A stretch of DNA of 63,522 bases, filler included, from Asterionella formosa (GCA_002256025.1; 5 parts of 5 records of this genome joined end to end with filler, not necessarily neighbours in it); one strand, 5' to 3'. Positions 23,560-35,787 are shown, counted from the first letter of the whole stretch. The notes: generated from the sequence alone by a model not told the origin. Made by a program: numbers and translations.

Positions 23560-26129
23560 GTTGTTGAGTATCAAAACTCAAAATGTTATGGTAGGTCAAA
23601 GTTAGGCTTCCATCTTGTCATTGAACCAGTATTTTTGTCAGATATGATCAGCCGTTAAATTTTAACTATGTTCTTGTTGTATGTTTTCTACGTGTCCTAC
23701 AATATCTCAAATCAGATCTCGGCAGCAAGTTTTGGTGCTCACGTGTTGGCTTTTTTCCGCTGCCCTACAATAGCATTGTTTCATTGCTTTCTAATTTCAA
23801 TATTACTTTTGTTACTTCTGCATAATCTTCTACAATGACAAACAAAAAGTTGTCAATCTCAATGAGCTATCGCAAACTCCGCAAAGCAGCCGGAACATGA
23901 TGGAACCGGTGTTCTGCATTAACTCGTATTCAACAAGGACGAGAGGACATGTATGTGCTTGTTGATTGTTGTTGTCATATTTGAGTTCCCGCCATGGTCG
24001 AGTATACTAATAATGAAATGTATTTCTTCCTCTTCAGAACGTTGATAAAGGCTATTGTCATGTTACTCCTCCACTTCCTGACGATGCAACAAATCAGTAT
24101 CCACTGGTCAAACCAGCTTGTCCAATGAGGTGAAATATGTTGCCAGTTGATAATTGTTTTACGAGGTATAATTTACACACACTAACATTATTCTTTTCCT
24201 GTTTCTCAATGCTAGCAAGCCACTTTTATCGAAACTCGCACAAAGATTGCAAAGTCTCCAGGTCGCAAACAATGTGGGCAACGTATCTCGCCAGCACCAA
24301 CAACATATCACTCCATTGCTCCATATCAACCTAATCAAAACTGTCCTCCTGAATTTTCCAGTTCACAAACGTCCACATCAGCCAGTAAATTTTCGACGCA
24401 TCTTGCTCCTCCTCCTGCCGGATACTGCCAGAATTCTGTACCGCCAACACCAAGAAACATCCGCTGTCAAGCTGTTGCTCCTCCAACACCTCCGCAACCA
24501 CAAGTCCAAATCAATTCAGAAACCATCATTGCCTCTTAATCCATTCAGGCATCGTTTTCTGCTCCTCCAGGCCTGATCTGAAAATTTTTGAAATTTCGTT
24601 GCAACGACAAAAAAGTGTGAGTTGACAATTGTTAATGAATATGCGTTGACAAATTTTCACACGATTTTTCAGCTGACCCATTTTCTTTTTCACTTTTTAC
24701 CCTATTCCCTGCTTGTCATTTTCACGTCTTACCTTTCGATTTCCGTTTCATACTATGGTTGCTTAACAACATCGTGTCGATTGTTCGATGCTTGTTACAA
24801 TCATTCTTGTGTGACTATTTTTCATGCATATACCGACACCGGTATAATCCGTGGTCCATGCATTTTTGATGTGTCTAACCTTTTTCCCATGAAAATTCTA
24901 CTCCTGACGTTGCTCGATGGTCCTGCTGCTCAAACCTAAAATTGACTGCCGAAAAATCCAAATGTGCCCCACATTCCCGTAAATAAAAAAATTACTTAAA
25001 GAAACCAAAAATTACTTAGACACCCACAGTTCTCATCGAAAAGAAAGACCATAGCTAGGGTGGGGGGATTACGGGTAGGGTGGGGTTGCTTTGTTGCCTT
25101 TTTCCTGCCACAGGTAACTGCATACCGGTATGCCAATCTTTCACTTTGAATGATCATCGCTCCTGATACACCTTTCTGCATTAAAACACACAATTAGAAA
25201 ACCACCGTTACTACCCCCTCACAAGTATACATGCACGTACAACTAATAAACACAACTCTCCATGAAGAAGATCCTAGTTACAGTAGTTTTAACTTTCATC
25301 ATGATGCGACGATTTTGTTGTCCATTCACATTTTCAGTTTTGAACAAGAATGTTAAAAGCAACTACAACAAGAANNNNNNNNNNNNNNNNNNNNNNNNNN
25401 NNNNNNNNNNNNNNNNNNTTAATTAATTAANNNNNNNNNNNNNNNNNNNNNNNNNNNNNNNNNNNNNNNNNNNNAGTAGGGAAATGTTGTCTATGAAATA
25501 TGCACAAAAGTGGAAACCTAATTGGGAATCAGGAATCAAGAATCCTTTTGTGTTTAAAGCACTAGTAACCAAAATCAGCCATCACTTGCTTGTGCCTCAC
25601 CTCAATATCTCGGAGGGGGACAGAGAAAAGATTACGGGTCTGTACCGGGGTAGCATAATACTAAACAATATTTGCAATGTTTAGTAAACTTGCAAACTTT
25701 CTGCCCTCTGGACTGTGGTAAAAAATGTGTTGAAAGGCCCAGGCTGAATGCGAATTCTATGTAGCTAATATCTGCACATGGGAAGCTGATGAGAGCTCCA
25801 AAGCTGCGGGCGTGTGAGAGAATTTAACAAGAGATACCAACTATATCTGTGAATGCATGTGGCGAGTCTTGTTCACACGACATGGCAGCATCTATATCGT
25901 TGAATAATAGCGCGACGTACATTTACTTTGTGGATTCTCTTTTACCATGATCTTGCGCATATTCGCCACGCATCCGTCAAGCTTCACAAAGGATCTTATC
26001 ATGAGCCCTTCGTCCATAAAATGCGAACGCCATGAATAATTTGTGAAAAAGAACATAAAACCCAACGTTGCCAATTCTTCCATCAGGCCAAGGCTCATTC
26101 TTTACGAACGTCCCAAAGAATTGATCAGA

Positions 26130-27200
26130 ATGTCAAAATCAGTGGAGGATGCGGAAGCTCAGGTGGCCAACATGATGAATGCACACTCGTTTGATCCCAT
26201 TCCGTACGATTCGAGACTTCCTATCATTCCCGTCAGCGACGACGCCAAATCGAAACTAGCGCACAAGAAAGTGACTGTGGTGGGATGTGGTCAAGTCGGC
26301 ATGGCCATTGCGTATGCCATGCTCAATCAGACCACCGCAGGGACCATCGCCTTGGTAGATGTGGCCGCTGAAAGGCTTATCGGAGAAGCCAAAGACTTAC
26401 AACAGGGATCTGCTTTCCATAGGAATGTCAGGATCATAGCTGACACGGACTATGCGGTGACTAAGAATTCAGACCTGGTCATTATTACGGCGGGTGCGGC
26501 GCAAAAAGTCGGCGAATCCCGATTGAATCTCGCCGAACGAAATGTTGCAATCATGAAGCTCATTATTCCAACAGTCTTGGCGCATTCTCCCAATGCATCA
26601 CTTTGTATTGTTTCCAACCCCTGTGAAATTATGACGGCCGTGGCTGCCAAAATTGCTGGACCCTCCGTCCCACCCGGTCGCATCTTTGGTTCTGGTACAT
26701 GCTTAGACAGTTCTCGTCTTCGGTCTTTGCTAGGTCGAACCATGGGCGTGGAAGCTCAATCTGTTGAGGGCTATGTGATTGGTGAACACGGAGATTCGTC
26801 TGTTCCGGTTTGGAGCAGTGTCCGTGTGGGAGGTGTTCCAATGTTGTCTGAAGGTGAAGGGCCGACTGAAACGCTTAATGCCATGCATAGAGACGTGGTG
26901 GAAAGTGCTGCGGATGTGATTGTGAAGAAGGGATACACCAACTGGGCTATAGGTCTGACAAATGCTCATATTGCCAACGCGATTGTAAACGACAGCCTTA
27001 CCATAATGCCACTATCTACATGTGTTCGTGGAATCCAGGGCATTGAGGAGGATGTATTTTTGAGTATGCCCTGTGTCGTGGGAGCGCATGGAGTTCGTCG
27101 AGTGATTGATTTGCCCTTGACTGCCTTGGAGAAGGAGCTCTTTCTCAAATCCAGAGATGCTGTATGGGCTGTTCAGAAAGGAATTTGGGATTCTATGTAA
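26130..27200 (+). CDS. LDH: L-lactate dehydrogenase, copy 1 (no obvious targeting peptide)
   Basis: KVTVVGCGQVG, GAAQKVGESRL (Gln at the LDH specificity site), GSGTCLDSSR, GEHGDS and KGYTNWAIG. ATG at 26130. Confidence 0.93.
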   Translation: MSKSVEDAEAQVANMMNAHSFDPIPYDSRLPIIPVSDDAKSKLAHKKVTVVGCGQVGMAIAYAMLNQTTAGTIALVDVAAERLIGEAKDLQQGSAFHRNVRIIADTDYAVTKNSDLVIITAGAAQKVGESRLNLAERNVAIMKLIIPTVLAHSPNASLCIVSNPCEIMTAVAAKIAGPSVPPGRIFGSGTCLDSSRLRSLLGRTMGVEAQSVEGYVIGEHGDSSVPVWSSVRVGGVPMLSEGEGPTETLNAMHRDVVESAADVIVKKGYTNWAIGLTNAHIANAIVNDSLTIMPLSTCVRGIQGIEEDVFLSMPCVVGAHGVRRVIDLPLTALEKELFLKSRDAVWAVQKGIWDSM

Positions 27201-27815
27201 ACGAGTTCGGTGAGTGAGCTCATTGTGAGTGTGGTGTTGTGAATAGAACTGGGACGATCGAGCTCACTAACACCCAACGTCCATCGACTTGACAATTTAG
27301 TATTTTTCGAAACGTACATTTTATTGGTAGATTTTTTCTTAACTCCGGAGTCAACAAGCAAGGATTTCATTCCGTTCATCGGCATATTATTGTCATTCTA
27401 CAAAAAANNNNNNNNNNNNNNNNNNNNNNNNNNNNNNNNNNNNNNNNNNNNNNNNNNNNNNNNNNNNNNNNNNNNNNNNNNNNNNNNNNNNNNNNNNNNN
27501 NNNNNNNNNNNNNNNNNNNNNNNNNNNNNNNNNNNNNNNNNNNNNNNNNNNNNNNNNNNNNNNNNNNNNNNNNNNNNNNNNNNNNNNNNNNNNNNNNNNN
27601 NNNNNNNNNNNNNNNNNNNNNNNNNNNNNNNNNNNNNNNNNNNNNNNNNNNNNNNNNNNNNNNNNNNNNNNNNNNNNNNNNNNNNNNNNNNNNNNNNNNN
27701 NNNNNNNNNNNNNNNNNNNNNNNNNNNNNNNNNNNNNNNNNNNNNNNNNNNNNNNNNNNNNNNNNNNNNNNNNNNNNNNNNNNNNNNNNNGTAATAGAGT
27801 CTCCATTTTGATTGT

Positions 27816-28985
27816 TCAATTCATTTGATCCATACTCCCCTCCAAAATTTTGCTGACCCGATTGACACTGGCCCTAGCCAACGGATTGATCGTTGTCGTG
27901 GGGGGTCCACTACCAGCACTCGTCGTCCCACCGCTACGACCAGGAAGAATCACAGGTGCCTCAACGATCCCACCCCAATATACTTCATGCCGTAACTCCA
28001 CTAAACTCGATCGAACTGCAGTAGGGTCATCGACATTATCAGCAGTGGTATCTTCTGTTTCAACAATGGTCCGAGGATTGTGTTGCAAGGAATCCGGAAA
28101 AGGAGGGAAAAAATTGGGAATATACGTATGTTTTGTTGTTGTTGGGGGAATGATGGCATCCTTGAGTCCATCGTCTGTCTTGATTCGTTTGGTATTAGGT
28201 TCCAAAGAACCAGTACTTGCCTCCTTATTCTTCTTGTCCTTGTTCCCTTTTTGAGTATTAGGAGTGGTATGGCTATCCGTTTTCATGGCAACTTCTTCCA
28301 CTTGTCCCGCCCCACCCCACTCATTTTGTAAAAACACAGCATCTGGTACTTGTTCCAAAACTGGCTTTGATCCGGCCGTGACATGTTGATGCAAGGACAT
28401 GGCCGCGTGTGGCCCCAATGGATGAGGATTGGCACAATCGTCAGAAGCAAGAGGGAAATGCAAGACTTCATCTAAATATGGTGCCACCCATCCCGAGTTG
28501 GTTTCTGACGCAATGCCCTTGCCACCACCCGCCACTCGAGTTGTAGGAGCATTCTTCCATTTAGGTCCAAAGCAAAAGGATGCCAAGTCTTGCCATGACA
28601 ATAAAGACGAAGACGACGACGAGGAGGAGGATTGTTTTGCAGATATTGTCGACTGATGATGCTCTGCTGATGTTGCGTCATTGTCATTGTCATTTCCATT
28701 GCCATTCTCCGGTTGTGTAGCATAATAATGCAACTGGTGCACCACAGGAGATGTTGTTCTATTAATGGCATCGATGGCATCCAACACATTGGTATGAGCC
28801 GACGTCCGACCTGAACTTTCCACTAGTTTGGACATGGCTCGACCAATACGTTCCATGTGATTCATCAAAACATCGGCCAATACATCTAGGGCTTCCTCTG
28901 ACATGGAGTCGATTCCCAAATGCAAGGCAGCGCGAGCGACAGAGCGTCGGGCCAGTTCGTGAGAAAACACTTGTTCCGATTCCAT
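27816..28985 (-). CDS. TAF8: TAF8-like TFIID subunit (Bromo_TP histone fold)
   Basis: N-terminal histone fold LARRSVARAALHLG..ALDVLADV..SGR and C-terminal YIPNFFPPFP motif. TAF3 is the alternative assignment. Confidence 0.72.
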   Translation of the reverse strand: MESEQVFSHELARRSVARAALHLGIDSMSEEALDVLADVLMNHMERIGRAMSKLVESSGRTSAHTNVLDAIDAINRTTSPVVHQLHYYATQPENGNGNDNDNDATSAEHHQSTISAKQSSSSSSSSSLLSWQDLASFCFGPKWKNAPTTRVAGGGKGIASETNSGWVAPYLDEVLHFPLASDDCANPHPLGPHAAMSLHQHVTAGSKPVLEQVPDAVFLQNEWGGAGQVEEVAMKTDSHTTPNTQKGNKDKKNKEASTGSLEPNTKRIKTDDGLKDAIIPPTTTKHTYIPNFFPPFPDSLQHNPRTIVETEDTTADNVDDPTAVRSSLVELRHEVYWGGIVEAPVILPGRSGGTTSAGSGPPTTTINPLARASVNRVSKILEGSMDQMN

Positions 28986-29280
28986 AATGGCTGATAAGAG
29001 AAGTAACGGCACTAGCAGACGTAGTAGCAGCAGTAGCAATAGTAGCGCTTGTTTGTCGGAGTGAGTGTTCACGACGTTACTGAATTCCCATGGTGCGCGG
29101 CTTGGGTTTTGTCAATGATAATACCTGTCGTACAACATTTGATAGTCACCCGATTGCGTGGTCGTTGTCGCTGATATTTCTTACGGTACCTGAACGTGGT
29201 AGCAGGTACCCTGGTACCATATTTCATGTTCGAATGTCATTGCACGGCAATCTTTGAGCTAGCTAGCTAGTAAGTATGCA

Positions 29281-29405
29281 GAGTACCAGGTAACGGTACT
29301 ACCTGGTACCTGGTACCAGGTTACCTGGTACCAGTTTACCTGGTACCGATCTACCGATACTTCGACAAACTGTATGTACCCATGAAACGAAGTTGTACCA
29401 GGTAT
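29281..29405. repeat. Palindromic TACCTGG/CCAGGTA array (representative copy)
   Basis: Dense CCTGGTACCTGGTACCAGG units. Similar arrays at ~5340-5410, 41451-41600, 50555-50710, 57061-57110, 61547-61705 and 63241-63260. Confidence 0.8.
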
Positions 29406-29664
29406 CATGATTCTGATGTTGGCAGAAAAGATCCGAAAATGCATTGTTCATTCCTCCAACCGGTACCTGGTATATACTGCCTGAGGAGGATATGATTTAC
29501 GTGGCATTCACAGTAGATGAAAAATGGAACCATTATTTCACGCAACTGAAGAATCAAAAAAGCTTATAAAAAATTAAAAAATGCAATGTAGGAATCAATT
29601 AACTCGCCAAGAACGGTTTCAAAAAACATGTAACACCACACACAATGTGCTCAACAAAGATCAT

Positions 29665-30925
29665 TTACACAGAATCCCAGATTCCTTGTTGCACCGACCA
29701 CACTGCATCTCTGGATTTCAGGAAAAGATCCTTCTCCAAGGCAGTCAGAGGCAAATCAATCACCCGTCGAACTCCATGCGCTCCCACGACACAGGGCATA
29801 CTCAAAAATACATCTTCCTCAATGCCTTGGATTCCCCGAACACATGTAGATAGTGGCATAATGGAACGACTGTCGGTTACAATCGCGTTGGCAATATGAG
29901 CATTTGTCAAACCTACAGCCCAGTTTGTGTATCCCTTCTTCACAATCACCTCTCCAGCACTGGCCACCACTTCTCGATGCATAGAATTATGAATTTCATT
30001 TGGGACTTCATCCCTATTCAACATGGGAATACCTCCAATGTGGACGCTGCTCCAAACTGGAACAGACGAATCGCCGTGTTCACCAATCACATAGCCCTGA
30101 ACAGCTTGAGATTCCACTCCTAGAGTGCGACCTAGCAATGAACGTAGGCGCGAACTGTCCAAGCATGTGCCAGAACCAAAGATGCGACCGGGTGGGATGG
30201 ATGGCCCGGCAATTTTGGCAGCCACAGCAGTCATAATGTCACAGGGGTTTGATACAATACAAAGTGCTGCATTGGGAGAATGCGCCAAGATATTTGGAAT
30301 AATGTGCTTCATGATTGCCACGTTGCGTTCGACGAGACTCAATCGAGATTCGCCGACCTTTTGAGCGACACCGGCTGTAATAATGACCAAGTCTGAATTG
30401 GAACTCACCGCATAGTTTGTGTCGGCTTCAACTCTGACATTTCTATGAAAGGCAGATCCCTGCTGCAAGTCCTTGGCTTCACCGCTGAGTTTATCAGCTT
30501 GCATGTCCACCAAGGCGATTGTCCCTGCGGTGGTCTGATTGAGCATTGCGTACGCAATGGCCATGCCGACTTGACCACATCCCACCACAGTCACTTTCTT
30601 GTGAGCTAGCTTCGATTTGGCGTCGTCGTTGATGGGAATTATGGGAAGCCTGGAATCATATGGAATAGGCTCGAACGAGTAGGTCATGCGCATGTTGGCC
30701 AGATGCGACTTCATGGCTTCCATTTGCTCGGCATTGGAAAAGGTGCNNNNNNNNNNNNNNNNNNNNNNNNNNNNNNNNNNNNNNNNNNNNNNNNNNNNNN
30801 NNNNNNNNNNNNNNNNNNNNNNNNNNNNNNNNNNNNNNNNNNNNNNNNNNNNNNNNNNNACTGGAAAAGGTGCGGACGACGACTCGGCGAGTCGCAGCGT
30901 GTCGAATGATGCGAGTAGAAATCAT
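29665..30925 (-). CDS. LDH: L-lactate dehydrogenase, copy 2, with putative mitochondrial presequence (N gap 30747-30859)
   Basis: Same LDH motifs as copy 1. The upstream segment MISTRIIRHAATRRVVVRTFSS is Arg-rich with no acidic residues. The join across the gap is inferred. Confidence 0.9.
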
Positions 30926-33900
30926 TGTTGATTTTCTGTGTAAGGGCGTTGCTGTAGAAAGGAATACTTTGTGTTGAGTGTGTGTGTGTGCTTTATTTGA
31001 TGATTTTATGACAAGAGTCTCTAAAGTAACTGTTGGCTCTGAACTAATCCGACCAAAGATTCATCGTGATCGGTTACAAACGCGAAGCTACACGAAGTAA
31101 CAAATCACAATTGTTCGCTCTTGGCTACCGGGCAGTTTGGTCAGCATACCGGTAGTACTTATATTGATGGGCGGTCTGTGCGCTGTTTTTGTTCTGCCTT
31201 TAGTTGCTGGGGTGCCATCAGATTTGAGTTTTGCGATAAAAGCAAAACAAGCTGATGAAGGCCATGAGCGACGTGTTCAGGCTATATTTCCTTAACGTGA
31301 CACAAATTCAGACAATTCTTGCTTTACTATGTGTTTTTGAATGTCTGTGCACGACCATATTTTCTTTGTGTCCGTCATCAAAGCGGATATACTAAACCAC
31401 GCACAGCAGCACGAACGGCCAATATTCTTGTGTGACCAAATTATTCTGCATGATGCATTCGTTTTTAGTCGTACGTATGCATCCACACTGGGCGCTCTAT
31501 GATAATTAAAAATTATAATCATATATATAATGTGTCACAAATTATTGTCATTGCGCTTGGATTATTGAGATATTTTAGATTACTAATCTGACATTTAATA
31601 TATATATTTAACTGCAATTTATAATGCAGAGCAATGGATGGTCTGAAACTGACCTTGCAATGAGCTGGAAATGAAACAAGGCGATAAAAACTCATGAGCA
31701 CAACAAGAATGTGACAAACTTGTTTCTTTTTTCACCTAATGTCAAAATTCGCTGCTCCTATTTCAAAGCACATGGTGTTCTCCATGAAGCCACTATGGCA
31801 ATTTGATCATCGATCTAACTATGATCAAATTGAAACAATTTAGTAGCTACAGGGATACAGGTAAGATGTAGTTGTAGATTCGTCAGGATTTGCATCTAAG
31901 AAGTCAAATGCAATGCTGAAATTATTTTCCAAGAAATTTTATCAAGTCATTGATTCCTACTATACTTTTCTTATTTAATGCACTTTTATTTATAATTTGT
32001 GTTTGTGTTGACCAAATTTGGTATTAACAAAAGCAAAAAAATTTGGGTTATGGCGATTTGTCTTAAAATATACATGATAAAAAATAAAGTTTCATGAGAG
32101 CGCGCCCACTACCATAAGCTGGAAATTAATCATCACCAAATATTTTTTTGCATACGTGTACCGTAAACTTCTTTGTCCTGCCCCCCCCCCCTCCCCCCCT
32201 GTACGATTTTCTCAAGATGGAACCAAACAACACCTAATTATTTTCTAGTCATAGACAATTTAATGTGCTATAATTCTGTTGGTCTTCGTAGACTCTGATG
32301 TATAACTATTTAGCTATGATGTTGCGATTCCTTTGTATGTATTAAACATAGACAGGTAGTGGATGTGAGCAGCTGGAGAATCCTACATCATGTTTGGAGA
32401 TTGGACTGAGAACGACGCTTTTTTACTTGCTACTTATATTACTAAGCATGACATAGAAAATACAATCGTAAAAGAAGTTAAGTAATGACAACGAAAATTG
32501 AATCGCCGATAGCAACATGAAGTAGCGTTCTTCTTGCAAGCTGAAGAACTTTCTCATTTGTCACTTTACGGAGATAACGATCACATCAATATTTATTGGA
32601 AAAATGCGCGCCAATCTGCCTGTAGAACCGATAAAATTTACTTAGATCTAATTAAAGGTAAATCTCTTCATTGTCCTGCCCCCCTTTAGTAAAATCAGTC
32701 AAATTCAGTCATTGACCGATTGAAAAAGGTTGTGGAAAGAAGGAAAACTCAAAATTGGAAGTGGCAAAAGTGAGACGATTGATCAGAGTGTCTTGGAAGT
32801 GAGGATTAATTTATATTCATGTTGACAAGAGAACGCCTTGTTTCGATCAAAAAAGTTGTGATGTTATGGGAAATACGCATTTGTTATAATTGTTTGTGGG
32901 AACAGGAACATGTATTCATTCAAATTTATATACTGAACTTGAGTGTTCAATAAACCACTTGTATACTTCTGTCCATGAACATGATCGTTGGAGGAAAGAA
33001 AAAGAAGCAGCAGGGTGATTGTATCTCAAATTCATTGCATTTTAGTCTGAACCATTTACCATACATACTTTGATATACTAGCAGTTGGAAAGTGCACAAA
33101 GGTGGACTGAAGCATTCTACTTCTCCACAGCACATGATTTGGAATGGAGCTTTCCACTTTCTACTCTATGTTATTAATTATGTTCCTAGCATTTGTTATC
33201 TTCCCTATTTTTGAGATAAATTTTACTTGTCATTATGGTCCATTCCTCCACCTCAGCCCACATGTCTGGTGTATATCTCTTAATAATAGCCAGTTGTTTG
33301 CTGGTGCTTATTGCAACACCAATGTTAAAATCTTTCATAATTGAATGGGAATGCGTACCCTTGTTGTGGATCCATCAACTCTTTCAATTAGAAAATAACA
33401 TTTACAATGCTCGAAATGGTGATGGATCCGCGAGATCACAGCAAGGGAGCGAAGAAAAGCAATGGTCGGTAAAGCATTTTTGCACGAAGTTTGGTTGCAG
33501 CTACCATATGATAGATGATACTGGAACAGGTAGAGGGAATACTTATTTTCCCCTTAAACCGTGATTTTTAAACTCAGTTTTATCCTATTATTCTTATGTC
33601 CGTTCGAAAACTAGTTTAGTTTTGTGTTTCTTTCGTTCATGTGTGGTCTTAAAAAAACCCATGTGTATTATATGCATTAGTTGTTTTGCGGATAATAATT
33701 TTGTTAGACCACACTTTCCTCATTACATCATGAGCAAATGTTGACTAAGTAAAGTGAGGTATCAATGTGGTTATTGAGCACAGCAGGGGAGGCTAATATA
33801 GTACAGCATTGGGTACCAAGGTACTTGCTGACAGTGCTACAATACATTCCGTTGAAGTCAATGGTACTGTGGGATGAACTATAGGTGGCAAACGCTTTGT

Positions 33901-34003
33901 AGAATATGCGTGCTAAAATGGAGGCCCTCTCTACATTCGATCCCCTCAAATCCGAGTAAGCCGTGTGCATTGTAATCAATTAAATGTACCGGAAGTGGGT
34001 TGC

Positions 34004-34504
34004 TTAGAACATGCGGGAAAAAACGAAGGAGCAGAAGAGGACCGAAATAGCACCAGCTGTGCCTTTGTAGCTCAAGCCCAAAGCACTACTTGCTGGAACA
34101 GCATCAGAACATCCACATAAGGAACCAATCGCCTGGCCATCCGTGCAATCCTTTTCGGTTATCACAGACTGAATGAGAGAATTGTACTCTCCGCACGTGA
34201 ACTCGTCGAAAACGACTGTGTCCGGCTTGGAAGGCAACTGCCCGTTAGAGCAAATTCCGTGACAGAGTGGATTAAATCCTGAACAGCCACAATAGATACC
34301 ACCAAGCACCTGACCCTGGTCACAATCCGTTTGGTTGGTAATAAACTTGAGCAAGGTGTCATAGTCGGAGCAAGTGGATACACCAAAAATAGTAGCATCA
34401 GGTTTTGGAGGAGATTCGCCCCCCGAGCAAATACCAGAGCAAGCTTGAGCATGAACCTGAGTAGCGGCCAGTAGCAGCAAAGTTAGTGTGGTGGACCATC
34501 GCAT
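34004..34504 (-). CDS. Small secreted, possibly GPI-anchored Cys-rich repeat protein
   Basis: Signal peptide MRWSTTLTLLLLAATQVHA, two repeats of C.GICS.G..P.KPD.......TC..Y..L....T...DC..GQ..G..CGC, and a hydrophobic C-terminal tail. Confidence 0.8.
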   Translation of the reverse strand: MRWSTTLTLLLLAATQVHAQACSGICSGGESPPKPDATIFGVSTCSDYDTLLKFITNQTDCDQGQVLGGIYCGCSGFNPLCHGICSNGQLPSKPDTVVFDEFTCGEYNSLIQSVITEKDCTDGQAIGSLCGCSDAVPASSALGLSYKGTAGAISVLFCSFVFSRMF

Positions 34505-35070
34505 TCCATCAAACTGTGCACCAATGAAGTGTTCCATTTGAAAGTCGGCGTGGATATCTTCCATCGCTACAAGTATGGTATACATATTTTCTCCTGCTTA
34601 CCTGAGCAATGATTGAAAAGAGGACCAAGAGCAAAATCGCGAGAAGGAACATTGTTGTTTCGATGAATGAAAAAGTTGAATCTATTTCGTCTGTTGAGAA
34701 ATAAGTGAGCAAATGGATCGTAAAAGTGAACGAATAACGACCACAGCGGTTGCCGATTTGAAATAAGAAAATTTGAAAACAAATTGAAACTCCAAGCAAC
34801 ATAGTTCATTTGCTCCCGTGATGGAAGGTTTCGAATCTCCTCCCATTAATAGAGAGCCTTACTGTCGCTTTCTTTAAACATGTCTGTTTGGTCTAGTAGT
34901 GCGCTTCTTTTATGTTTTCATCTGCATCGAGGAAGGTAGGGTAAGGTAGGTATCGATTCCAAACCAAACGAAATACTGCTTCCATTGCGGCCGTGGGGGT
35001 CATGGAAGCTCCCCGTAACCAGCATTATTCTCTGTTCTGATCATGAGATTCAGCTTTGTCGTTTTTGTTT

Positions 35071-35787
35071 TCATGTCACGACAGCAGTTGCCATGTCCAT
35101 TGTTCCAACGCGGGCTAGCCACTCCTTCAGAGCACTTTCAAATCTTGGTAAGTCATCATATCCTCGAAAGGGTGAAAATCTGAACAACTTGCCCTTTTCC
35201 TCGTAGTGATGTAAAATGGGTTCCGTCATGGCATAGAATGTATCGAGTCGGTCGTTGACAATGGCTTCCACATCATCATCTCGAGTTGTCCAATTTTGTT
35301 CGCCGCCATTCGTACATGTTGTGCAATTTTGTGGCAACGAGGGTGGCAAGTGATATGGACCATGTTGTACATGCGCCACATTCCAATTGCCACCACATGT
35401 CAAACAAGCTCTTCGACCTAACAATTTTGGCCGACACACTTCCCTAGGAACGTTCAAATGTATGGCAGCATGCACTTTGACTGGTCCTTTCAATTGCGCC
35501 AGTGTTCTAGGATATCCGTCAAGTATACATCCATCCTTCATATGCACATTGTTCTTGCTGAGATGTTCGTTCAACAGGTGACTCACTACATCATCGTCCA
35601 CCAACTTGCCAGTACCAACATTGACATTGGCATTTTTGAGGACGCTACTGACAGAAACAAGAGGCATGCCCAATGCGGTTGCCAACCTTTTTCCATAGGA
35701 TCCCTTGCCACTTCCGGGTGGACCAATGAGAGAAAGATTCATCATTCGCAATCGCCGTAGTGGCGATGATGATGACAATGATGCCAT
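35071..35787 (-). CDS. Adenylate kinase family protein
   Basis: P-loop GPPGSGKG, GKLVDD, ILDGYPRT, LID with CLTC...CTTC, and RDDD. The start is uncertain because a gap lies just upstream. Confidence 0.88.
   Translation of the reverse strand: MASLSSSSPLRRLRMMNLSLIGPPGSGKGSYGKRLATALGMPLVSVSSVLKNANVNVGTGKLVDDDVVSHLLNEHLSKNNVHMKDGCILDGYPRTLAQLKGPVKVHAAIHLNVPREVCRPKLLGRRACLTCGGNWNVAHVQHGPYHLPPSLPQNCTTCTNGGEQNWTTRDDDVEAIVNDRLDTFYAMTEPILHHYEEKGKLFRFSPFRGYDDLPRFESALKEWLARVGTMDMATAVVT

Noticed and set aside
31799..31832. 12-bp perfect hairpin CAATTTGATCAT/ATGATCAAATTG
   Set aside because: Isolated and AT-rich, with no supporting context.
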